IMG/VR virus record: IMGVR_UViG_3300030117_005059
Location: 1 to 63,714 of that record
DNA: 63,714 nt
Source of the DNA: a virus
Lineage: Duplodnaviria > Caudoviricetes
Strand: one strand, 5' to 3'
How positions within the stretch are numbered: the first letter of the stretch is position 1; each line of letters begins with the position of its first letter. This document shows positions 18,921 through 26,594 of this stretch, one piece after another. Under the pieces are notes generated by a model. The model made no database searches. It was not told where the DNA came from and was given only the letters and a program-made list of their open reading frames with translations. Made by a program: the position numbers and the translations under genes.

Positions 18921-20480
18921 CTATCCCTTATAAATCCAAGGTAAGTAATTACCTCTAGGGCTGGGCTGTTTTCTCTTATCCGAATATCCTGCCATACCCT
19001 TAATTCTAGTATCTAGTTTGCTACTGTCAGATCTCCACGCTGTAAACATGGCTTTTCTTTGCTCTACGTCTCTTTGATTAACTGTCAATGCCGTATCCCT
19101 AATCCAACAAGCTATTGCCAAAGCAATAACCAAATCATCATTATAACCTCTCATACCTTGCGGTCGCCCATTGTGCCAAATGAAAGTCTTAATTTCATTA
19201 ACCGTTCGTAAAGAGTTCAATGTAAGTAGTTTATTTCTGACGAACTCTTCAAGTTTTGATATAACAAGAGGTCGAGTTTTCATAGACATTGTAAAACCTG
19301 CTACCCCACCTCTTGCTTCAGCCGTAGATCGATCAACAAATTCGTGCGTCGCTTTAAGACTGTAGTAGATGTTATCATAACCTATCTCTTCTATTTTGTT
19401 TAACACACCATAGTCGTGATTATTTTCAATAACCAGCAGTGCATTGTTGTACTCACTAGCCATGCTAACTAAAAGAGGAGCAAACATATCAGAGGTCACT
19501 TTACCTTGATATTCTGCAACTTGTTCTAAGGTGTCCAGTCTAATAATTTGTGCAACACTAAAGTCACTACCGTCACCTCGTGCAACGTCAGCACATAAAA
19601 GATATTCTGCCCCTTCCTCAACAGGTTTCCAGATCCAATAGTTTCTATCAAAACCGGTTCTGTGTTGTGGCTCAGAACAATTATCTAACAATCTTTTTAT
19701 ATCATCGCCCGATACAACTGTATCACCGGATGCGTTAAAGTTGCATTCTAACTCTTGAGCTATTTCTCGGGCGGACATGTTTCTTGTCTCTTTTTGAAAC
19801 CATTTTTCGTCTCTATCTGGATGCACTGACCAAGGTAACTTAATAGTAAAGAAATCGTTTTTACTCTCAATAGCCTCGTTGTAAGTTTTATGAAACCAGT
19901 TGCCAACCCCATTAGGTGTAGACAGTGCGATACACCGACCACCTGTTGACAGAGTGGGGTAAAGACCAGCCCACAATTCATCCATACCTTCAACAAAAGC
20001 TGCCTCATCCACAACCAAAAGAGACAGCGCCTCCGAACGACCAGCATCACCAGAGGTCGAGGAAGCCTTGACTTGCGACCCATTACTTAACTCAAACGAG
20101 GTTCTATTATTAATGCTGATGTCTGCAATCTTCAGCCAAGGCGGCAAGTGCTTATGAATTGATTTGATCTTCTTAACTAAGTTTGTAGCTGTGCTTAGTT
20201 TTGTTGCAACGACTAAAACGTTCTTTTCTCGCTGAAACAACATTAGCCAACAAACATAAGCGGCAACCGTTGTTGAGATACCTAGCTGCCTAGCTTTTAA
20301 GATGACACTAAATCTATGTTTTGTAAAATCATTTAGTGCCTGTTTCTGAAAATCATATAGATCAAAAGGTATCAAGCCCCTCATGGGCTCAGAAATTCTT
20401 GCGTAGGTATTAGTAAAGTAAACAGGGTCTCGTCCACAGCGGACGATCTCTTGCATTATCTCCTTTTTTGTAAGAGACAT
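18921..20480 (-). CDS. Terminase large subunit (gp17-like)
   Basis: KARQLGIST (Walker A), LLVVDEAAF (Walker B), STPNG, ADVARGDGSD, NDDLV nuclease motifs. Confidence 0.97.
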   Translation of the reverse strand: MSLTKKEIMQEIVRCGRDPVYFTNTYARISEPMRGLIPFDLYDFQKQALNDFTKHRFSVILKARQLGISTTVAAYVCWLMLFQREKNVLVVATKLSTATNLVKKIKSIHKHLPPWLKIADISINNRTSFELSNGSQVKASSTSGDAGRSEALSLLVVDEAAFVEGMDELWAGLYPTLSTGGRCIALSTPNGVGNWFHKTYNEAIESKNDFFTIKLPWSVHPDRDEKWFQKETRNMSAREIAQELECNFNASGDTVVSGDDIKRLLDNCSEPQHRTGFDRNYWIWKPVEEGAEYLLCADVARGDGSDFSVAQIIRLDTLEQVAEYQGKVTSDMFAPLLVSMASEYNNALLVIENNHDYGVLNKIEEIGYDNIYYSLKATHEFVDRSTAEARGGVAGFTMSMKTRPLVISKLEEFVRNKLLTLNSLRTVNEIKTFIWHNGRPQGMRGYNDDLVIALAIACWIRDTALTVNQRDVEQRKAMFTAWRSDSSKLDTRIKGMAGYSDKRKQPSPRGNYLPWIYKG

Positions 20481-21035
20481 TTACGCTTCTGGCGTATCAG
20501 GATTCTTCTTCGATGTGTCGTTTGATGGTCTCTTATCAGATGAAAGCTCCAAGAACTTCTTGAAATTGTCATCAAGCCTGTCTTTATCTGATCTTTGACC
20601 GATAGGATCGACTCCCTCTACGCCTCCAATCTTGTATGCTTTCTGTGCCTGAATCCAAGTTCTAACACGGGAAATACTTTGTGCATCAACTCTAGCCTCA
20701 TCGATAGGCGACAAAGTTACAGATCCGTTACCAAGTCGTCTATATTCTTTTTTAAGATACTTTAGAATATCTGCAAAGCGTGCTTCAACTTCATTAACAA
20801 GTTTGTTGGGTGGGTGCATATCTTTCATACTCATCTCTGAGTGATAAGAAACAACCATTTGATCTGCGGCAAATCTAATTTTGAATCCATCAAGTGCTGC
20901 CTTATCATAGATCCCTCTGCCACTTTCTCGCTTTAGACCTAGTTCCAACGGATCACCGTTCTCATCTAGAGCACCATCATATGCGTTTGCTGCTGCTTGA
21001 GCCAGACCTTTTACAACATCATTAATATTAGCCAT
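20481..21035 (-). CDS. Hypothetical protein immediately upstream of terminase
   Basis: 184-aa ORF abutting the terL start. Confidence 0.7.
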   Translation of the reverse strand: MANINDVVKGLAQAAANAYDGALDENGDPLELGLKRESGRGIYDKAALDGFKIRFAADQMVVSYHSEMSMKDMHPPNKLVNEVEARFADILKYLKKEYRRLGNGSVTLSPIDEARVDAQSISRVRTWIQAQKAYKIGGVEGVDPIGQRSDKDRLDDNFKKFLELSSDKRPSNDTSKKNPDTPEA

Positions 21036-21450
21036 GCTGTTTCTTTCTCCTCTTCAATGCGATTTGTACTCGCTCTTCGTTAGGTCGCCATCCCTCTTGC
21101 CATCTTTCTTCACGGTCGTGAACAAATTCATAATAGCAATCTTGACAACACTTAAACCTATTCATATATAGGTCGTCTTTCATAGAAAATGAATATGTTT
21201 TACATACAGGGCAAGTCCTATCGTATTTTCTTTTGCTAGCTTTTTTTGAAATGAGAATACCATCAACATCTACCTTGTCCTGATTGGACTCACTTTTAAT
21301 AAGAGTTGCGCTCTTTAGTTGCTCTAAGTATTCTTTTTCTTTTTGCTCATCCCACTCAGACCTAAAATCTTGTACTGTTTGTTTGCCGTACTTTTTAGCG
21401 ATCGCCTTTTCTACTGATGCGACATATTCCCAGTCAAGTTTTTTGCTCAC
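21028..21450 (-). CDS. Hypothetical zinc-finger protein
   Basis: CPVC...CCQDC motif, GWRP. Confidence 0.7.
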   Translation of the reverse strand: MSKKLDWEYVASVEKAIAKKYGKQTVQDFRSEWDEQKEKEYLEQLKSATLIKSESNQDKVDVDGILISKKASKRKYDRTCPVCKTYSFSMKDDLYMNRFKCCQDCYYEFVHDREERWQEGWRPNEERVQIALKRRKKQHG

Positions 21451-21827
21451 TGTGGATACACCGCATGTACGATACCAATAGAGACACCAACCCCCACTGT
21501 TAATCCAGTAAGCAAACCAACAACACCTCTATTCCTGTCAAACCAAGAGTTGTTTTTTCTGAGTTGTTGCTCTAACTTAGTTATGGATAATTTGTAGGTC
21601 TCTTGCATCTGGGTGCATACTTTTTTATCCACTTGACACTCAGCCATCTTAGCGTTAGTATCAATCTTTTTCTGGAGCATAGTGCGAAAGTCTTCCTCGC
21701 TCATTAATATGCCAACATAACTACTACCATCTTGCTCAACAACCGCTGGGCGAGGCTTGAACTTTACAACCTCTGCCGCAGCGGCGTTGAACGAAAGTAG
21801 TAATGCGAGTGCAACCGTTATCTTCAT
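21447..21827 (-). CDS. Exported coiled-coil protein with C-terminal TM (spanin-like topology)
   Basis: Signal peptide MKITVALALLLSFNAAAA, central coiled coil with two Cys, Gly-rich hydrophobic C-terminus. Confidence 0.6.
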   Translation of the reverse strand: MKITVALALLLSFNAAAAEVVKFKPRPAVVEQDGSSYVGILMSEEDFRTMLQKKIDTNAKMAECQVDKKVCTQMQETYKLSITKLEQQLRKNNSWFDRNRGVVGLLTGLTVGVGVSIGIVHAVYPQ

Positions 21828-21828
21828 T

Positions 21829-22971
21829 TTACTTTAGAAACTTTTTCAAGCCCTCAATGCGTTTGCCGGGTCGCTTGAGACCGCTAACCAAAGTGTAAGT
21901 TACAAGCTTGTCTCGCTTGGCATCCTCATAAATACCACGATGCACGATAGCTCCACCGGTCAAAGCTGCCAAAGTATCAAATCCAAACTCGATGTTATCC
22001 ATTAGACCCACAGTCTCCTCAAAGATAACTTCGCCACCCACCACAATACAAGCGGCACCTGATGCAGTGGTTAGATCAAAACCCTCCGCAAGAAGAGTCT
22101 TCTCTAGGTTCTTTTTAAGAGCAGTCGAAACAGCAGTTTCATTCTCTGGTTCTTTAACTGTGGTAACACCCATAATCATACAGCCTGGTTGTTTCATAAT
22201 GCTATCGTAATCTGTAGCGTCGAAGGTCGTATACTCAGAGTCCTTGTTTGCCAAGACGTTGAAGACATGAAATAAACCAGCGACTGTGTTGTTAATGGTC
22301 TTCCAAAATTTCTTAACCGTAAGTTTAGGGTAAAGCTTTTTAATCTTTTCGTTGTCCACCATAATGAGTGGAGCAATCTGTCCCTTTTCTGCGAGCCCGC
22401 AAAGTTGAGTGATTCGATTGTGGGCATTTTTTGCAACGGTTGGTGATGCCGACTCGCCAGCCGTTGGTAGTGATGCGACTACACCAACTCGCTCATCTAC
22501 GTTCTCAACACCAATGTAAGTAAAGTACTTCTTTGCCACCTTGATGAGAGTGTTAACCGTTCCGCCACCAGAACCACCAGAAACACCAAGACAGATCAAG
22601 ATACGATCAACGTTGTTCCCGAAGATCTCACGGAACTTATTGAATACTTCTTGCTCCTTACGTTCGATAGCAGCTTCGGCTTTAGCTTGGTCTTTGCCAG
22701 CACCCTGCTCGCCATGCTCATCAACTAAGAACTTTTGGTTTTCTGGTAAGTCAAGCCCATTCAGGTCTGACTTCGCTGTGTTTACGGCAACAGTCTTGGT
22801 GTAACCCATATCATAAAATGCTTTTGCCATACGTCCGCCGCCTTGACCAGCGCCAACAATTGCGTATACCAAAGCACCACCTGATTTGTCCTCAACAGAC
22901 TCTTCCTCTTCATTTAGTTCGGGATCATAATCCTCGATATCTAATTCAGGAATATCTAAATCAATAGTCAT
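21829..22971 (-). CDS. Tubulin/FtsZ-family GTPase (PhuZ/TubZ/CetZ-like)
   Basis: GAGQGGGRMA, AVNTA..DL, GAGKD, GVSGGSGGG (tubulin signature-like), VDNE, and T7-loop-like FDATD. Confidence 0.92.
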   Translation of the reverse strand: MTIDLDIPELDIEDYDPELNEEEESVEDKSGGALVYAIVGAGQGGGRMAKAFYDMGYTKTVAVNTAKSDLNGLDLPENQKFLVDEHGEQGAGKDQAKAEAAIERKEQEVFNKFREIFGNNVDRILICLGVSGGSGGGTVNTLIKVAKKYFTYIGVENVDERVGVVASLPTAGESASPTVAKNAHNRITQLCGLAEKGQIAPLIMVDNEKIKKLYPKLTVKKFWKTINNTVAGLFHVFNVLANKDSEYTTFDATDYDSIMKQPGCMIMGVTTVKEPENETAVSTALKKNLEKTLLAEGFDLTTASGAACIVVGGEVIFEETVGLMDNIEFGFDTLAALTGGAIVHRGIYEDAKRDKLVTYTLVSGLKRPGKRIEGLKKFLK

Positions 22972-23198
22972 TTGGTTCTCCTTTTTTTTGGGGCTGCTTT
23001 CGCCCTTTTTGTTTTTGTTTTTTTTTGCGTAGGCTTAATTGCTTCGGCTTTTGCCACTGCTTCTTGCGCCCTCATTTGATTTTGTTTTATCAGTTCAATA
23101 GCTCTAGCTTTTTTGGCTTCTTCGATCTCAGCCGCTAATTGCTTTTGTTGCTCCAATGCAATCGCAACTCTTTGCTTTCTTCTTTTCGGTGCTGGCAT
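22968..23198 (-). CDS. Small basic coiled-coil protein
   Basis: 76 aa, Lys/Arg-rich termini around a helical core; GGAG SD. Confidence 0.65.
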   Translation of the reverse strand: MPAPKRRKQRVAIALEQQKQLAAEIEEAKKARAIELIKQNQMRAQEAVAKAEAIKPTQKKTKTKRAKAAPKKRRTK

Positions 23199-23210
23199 AA
23201 CCTATCTCCA

Positions 23211-23525
23211 TCAAATATCTAACTCTTCGTGAAGTCTAATAAGTGCGTTTAGTCTGTCTTCTCGATTGTCTATCTTCTTTGTATCTTGCAGACGACTCTC
23301 GAATACTTTCTTAACCGCACCTATCTTATCCTTCTCTAAGTCAGCCCTTAACTTACTTTCTTTAGCATGGATCTTTACTTGTGTTAAGACATCATCAACA
23401 ACAGTTTCATTTTTTTCTGCTGGCTTAACCAAGCGATACATATAATAGGCAACTGCAACAAGCAGCAAAGCTGCCGCTACAGTTGACCAAAAATATTGCT
23501 TTACCTTAAGTTTAAGCCAGTTCAT
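23211..23525 (-). CDS. Single-TM coiled-coil protein (i-spanin/FtsL-like topology)
   Basis: N-terminal TM FWSTVAAALLLVAVAYYMY followed by a coiled coil. Confidence 0.6.
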   Translation of the reverse strand: MNWLKLKVKQYFWSTVAAALLLVAVAYYMYRLVKPAEKNETVVDDVLTQVKIHAKESKLRADLEKDKIGAVKKVFESRLQDTKKIDNREDRLNALIRLHEELDI

Positions 23526-23707
23526 TTACCGTGCTTCCACTTGGATGCAATATCTGCTGCGCCTTGAAGCCCAATGTAAGCTAGCGAAACAGCAACCCAC
23601 TGATCACCAGTAAGCATACCAAGTGGTAAAAGCACAGTAGAGGTGCCCCACACAATTAACTTTCTTGACGCCCATTTGCCGAGCAGTTTGTCAATTTTAC
23701 CTGCCAT
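23522..23707 (-). CDS. Small two-TM protein, holin-like
   Basis: 61 aa, SRKLIVW...two hydrophobic helices...YIGLQGAAD, basic C-terminus. Confidence 0.6.
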   Translation of the reverse strand: MAGKIDKLLGKWASRKLIVWGTSTVLLPLGMLTGDQWVAVSLAYIGLQGAADIASKWKHGK

Positions 23708-24606
23708 TATTTTTCCTCAAGTGCAAACGGTGCTTTGGGTTCATTCCAATCAATCTCGCCTTGGGCTAAAGCCTTGGCGGCAATCTTGTCTGCGTTAGGA
23801 ACTCTTTTTGGATCAATCACAGGCATATCGACTCTATCAGGAGCGCCGGCAGGCAACTCGAAAGATACTTGCCCAAGATTATCTACGAACTTCTTCACGG
23901 CGGCGTCAACTGCTGCGTCGCCGTCCTCACCCGTAAATTTCTTCAAAGCCGCCATCACATCAGCAGGCTTCATGAACTCGTTGCCCTCGCTAGCCAGTTT
24001 AGTTAATTCTTGTCTGATTGGAGCTTCCTTAAATTGGTCGAAACCACCAGTGCCCTCTTTACCTTGCATAATACCCAGCTTACCAACGGTGATTGAGTTA
24101 AGCAATCTAATTAAGTCAGTGCCTGGGAAATCCACTGCGTAGCCACCAACTTCCTTAGAGGGATCAACCATACTCGTTGCAACCCATCGATGGTGACCAT
24201 CCATAATATGATTATCACTACTAATAAACGCACCCAAGTTACCACCAGTCGGCATTTTTCCAGCGATCATAGAAATAGCCATACCCATAGCCTTTCCAAT
24301 ATTCATGCTTGACTGAGATGGTTTTAACTGAGACACTGGGAATGTAGCGTTTGGCTTGACATCAATAACGTCATCAGTCTCACTACCATCCTGCCTACCC
24401 TTGGTCACATTTTGTTTGGCATCGCTCGCATCAGCGGCAACGTCCGAAAGCTTAAGAGGGAACTCTTCTGGGTCCACCTTCTTCTCGTTGAGCAATACTT
24501 TTCTAACTGCCCTACTGACAGACTCTCTTAAAATTTGTTTTCTTTTGGATTTTAAAACTTGTTCTTTAATAATTCTAGCGAGTTTTTGCTTGTTAATCTT
24601 TTTCAT
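23707..24606 (-). CDS. ParB/Sulfiredoxin-like domain protein
   Basis: VSQLKPSQ and ISSDNHIMDGHHRW motifs; N-terminal KLARIIKEQV leader. Confidence 0.75.
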   Translation of the reverse strand: MKKINKQKLARIIKEQVLKSKRKQILRESVSRAVRKVLLNEKKVDPEEFPLKLSDVAADASDAKQNVTKGRQDGSETDDVIDVKPNATFPVSQLKPSQSSMNIGKAMGMAISMIAGKMPTGGNLGAFISSDNHIMDGHHRWVATSMVDPSKEVGGYAVDFPGTDLIRLLNSITVGKLGIMQGKEGTGGFDQFKEAPIRQELTKLASEGNEFMKPADVMAALKKFTGEDGDAAVDAAVKKFVDNLGQVSFELPAGAPDRVDMPVIDPKRVPNADKIAAKALAQGEIDWNEPKAPFALEEK

Positions 24607-24618
24607 TTTTTCTCCCAA

Positions 24619-25080
24619 TTAGGTTAGCTTCAGCATTGCATTCATAAATTTATCAACGGACTGGTCACCTATTTGCTTGCTCTTTAGACTAAGCAACATC
24701 TCTTCAACGCCATCAAAACCACGCTTTGAACCTTTTTCTTTCAAGGCGTTAAATTCAGTCATAGCTTTAGCAATAAGGTTTTCATCGTAAGGGGCTGTCC
24801 CACCTTTAGCAAAAGCCTTTGCCATGTTTGAAAATAATTGTGGAATGGCTTTTGCACCCATGCCTGACATTGCTCCACCAATTTCATTAAAAGCTTTCTG
24901 AAGCTGTCCGGTGTGTTTATCGGGATTATCTAAAGCAACAACATTGCCCTTCTTTTTCTTTTTTCCGAAGAGTCCACCTAAGAATTCGTCAACACGACCT
25001 TCTTTGATAACTTTCCTACCTACCTCTTGGTAAATCGCTTCTCTAATAACTTTGTGTAAATCAGACTTTTTAAATTTCAT
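24619..25080 (-). CDS. Hypothetical protein with KSDLHKVIRE leader
   Basis: True start most likely the ATG at 25080 behind GGGGAGG; promoter motif upstream. Confidence 0.7.
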   Translation of the reverse strand: MKFKKSDLHKVIREAIYQEVGRKVIKEGRVDEFLGGLFGKKKKKGNVVALDNPDKHTGQLQKAFNEIGGAMSGMGAKAIPQLFSNMAKAFAKGGTAPYDENLIAKAMTEFNALKEKGSKRGFDGVEEMLLSLKSKQIGDQSVDKFMNAMLKLT

Positions 25081-25105
25081 TATCAATAACCTCCCCAGGC
25101 TAAAA

Positions 25106-25113
25106 TAAATAGT
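25106..25113 (-). promoter_or_regulatory. Putative late promoter motif ACTATTTA heading the ParB/tubulin/terminase operon
   Basis: Motif 25 nt upstream of the 25080 start. Confidence 0.6.
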
Positions 25114-25117
25114 ATGT

Positions 25118-25324
25118 TTATATCGTTTTCGCCCGCCTATGAATTTGAACGTCGCCTGCTCTAATTCTGTATTCCTGCCCATCGCAAATAATAGTTGCTA
25201 TTTTTTCCCAAGTATGGTATTGTTTAAGTAAACCAACACGCCACTTGGAATAGACAGTTGGGCGATGTAACCCAGCGCCGTGATCTAATATTTCTCTGAA
25301 TCTAACGAGGTCGCCGGCTTTCAT
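25118..25324 (-). CDS. Small KOW/SH3-like hypothetical protein
   Basis: MKAGDLVRF start, 68 aa, beta pattern. Confidence 0.6.
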   Translation of the reverse strand: MKAGDLVRFREILDHGAGLHRPTVYSKWRVGLLKQYHTWEKIATIICDGQEYRIRAGDVQIHRRAKTI

Positions 25325-25769
25325 ATTTCCGTACCCTTTCTAGGAAAATCTGACGATTACCTTCTGTGTTCATAGAACTAATCTCAGTTGTAGGACAATC
25401 AAGTGACTGGTGCATTGGTGCTTTTATTGTTCTACCTAAATCTTTTACGCCCACAGACAAACCACAAGTGGGTGATCTAGCTATGCCAATAAAACCAACA
25501 ACTTCATCGTAACGCTGCTCTATTTCTTCGCACTTGTCTTTAAGTTGCCTGTAAACCTCTCGCTTACCAGCAAAGGCTTTTATGTCACCATCAACTGAAC
25601 GTAATCTTATAGTTGAACGTGGAGTGCCAAACAATTCGTGCTCTGGACACACAGGCACAAGCTCAAAGCCGTTAGCTTCTGCCCACTCATATATTTCTTC
25701 GTTCCGGCGATTGCTGCCGTTCCACCTGACGTTTTCGCCATACACACAAGCACTAATAAGTATTTTCAA
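25302..25769 (-). CDS. DUF523 family (thiouracil desulfidase TudS-like)
   Basis: ILISAC.YG..VRWNG, VPVCPE, G.PR, SPTCG: the three conserved Cys motifs. Confidence 0.85.
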   Translation of the reverse strand: MKILISACVYGENVRWNGSNRRNEEIYEWAEANGFELVPVCPEHELFGTPRSTIRLRSVDGDIKAFAGKREVYRQLKDKCEEIEQRYDEVVGFIGIARSPTCGLSVGVKDLGRTIKAPMHQSLDCPTTEISSMNTEGNRQIFLERVRKYESRRPR

Positions 25770-26220
25770 TTTTCTTATGCTCTGCTTTCATAGCTAGGTA
25801 ATCCTCGTTCTCTCGTGCCTCTTTCCAGCAACTATAAAAAACCCTAGCACTATCAGCTTTCTCGCAAGTCAGAGCGTCTGGCTCTTGTGGTAAAACACTG
25901 CCATCAGTAGCGTATTTCTTTCCATCTCTATGGTTAGCATATCTACGAGCACGAGTGAAACCCATGTGTAGAAACTTCTTAGCCATATCTGCACCAACAA
26001 AATCCCCTTGCTCCACGAAGTCGTAAAACATCTTTAAGATTATCTGACTAGAAACTTCTGCCTCTGGAACAGTCTTGAATCGCCAGTGAGCACAGATCTC
26101 TGACTTATAGGGCTCGCAGATTAGGACACCCTGTTGTCCTCTACCAATATGGTACAGGTGCGGATTCTGACGATAGTCAACTTCAGGGTTCCACTTCTTA
26201 AAATAATCTTTACTAATCAT
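25753..26220 (-). CDS. DUF4385 family protein
   Basis: Y.IGRG.QGVL..EPYKSEI...WRFKT, DFVGADMA.KFL.MGFTRARRYANH. Confidence 0.85.
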   Translation of the reverse strand: MISKDYFKKWNPEVDYRQNPHLYHIGRGQQGVLICEPYKSEICAHWRFKTVPEAEVSSQIILKMFYDFVEQGDFVGADMAKKFLHMGFTRARRYANHRDGKKYATDGSVLPQEPDALTCEKADSARVFYSCWKEARENEDYLAMKAEHKKIENTY

Positions 26221-26594
26221 TCTATCTCTTTCAAATATTTCTGCGCTCTTGCTAAAGCCCTAATACTATCCTTGAATAACCCAAGTCCACGATTACATTG
26301 ATGACACAAAAATCCTCTGAACTTATTAGTGACGTGGCAATGGTCTAATACCCAAACACCAGCCCAACCTCCTGTGCCTTCTAACTCCTTTTCATCTCTC
26401 TGGCATATAGGGCAAATGTGATCTGGCGGGGCTGTGCCATGTTTTTCTTTTAGCAACCTACGCTGGCGAGACAGTTCATTGTTACACTTTTTGCACTCTG
26501 GTCGGTATATGTTCTTTCCGCCGTGGGCACGACTAAAACAAGAAAGATCTAAAGATTGTCCACATTTACTACACTTCTTCTTATTGGTTGACAT
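26217..26594 (-). CDS. Endonuclease VII-family (His-Me) nuclease
   Basis: CSKC/CKKC zinc finger, then CPIC...VLDHCH...FRGFLC..CNRGLG. Confidence 0.88.
   Translation of the reverse strand: MSTNKKKCSKCGQSLDLSCFSRAHGGKNIYRPECKKCNNELSRQRRLLKEKHGTAPPDHICPICQRDEKELEGTGGWAGVWVLDHCHVTNKFRGFLCHQCNRGLGLFKDSIRALARAQKYLKEIE

Noticed and set aside
21829-22971. Interpreting the tubulin as evidence of a nucleus-forming phiKZ-like phage or a cellular ftsZ
   Set aside because: Structural genes are T4-type, no chimallin or multisubunit RNAP is recognisable in the window, and there is no dcw-cluster context or FtsZ C-terminal peptide
25081-25182. N-terminal extension MGRNTELEQ... of the 187-aa ORF
   Set aside because: Overlaps the upstream gene and spans the promoter motif; a strong SD supports the ATG at 25080
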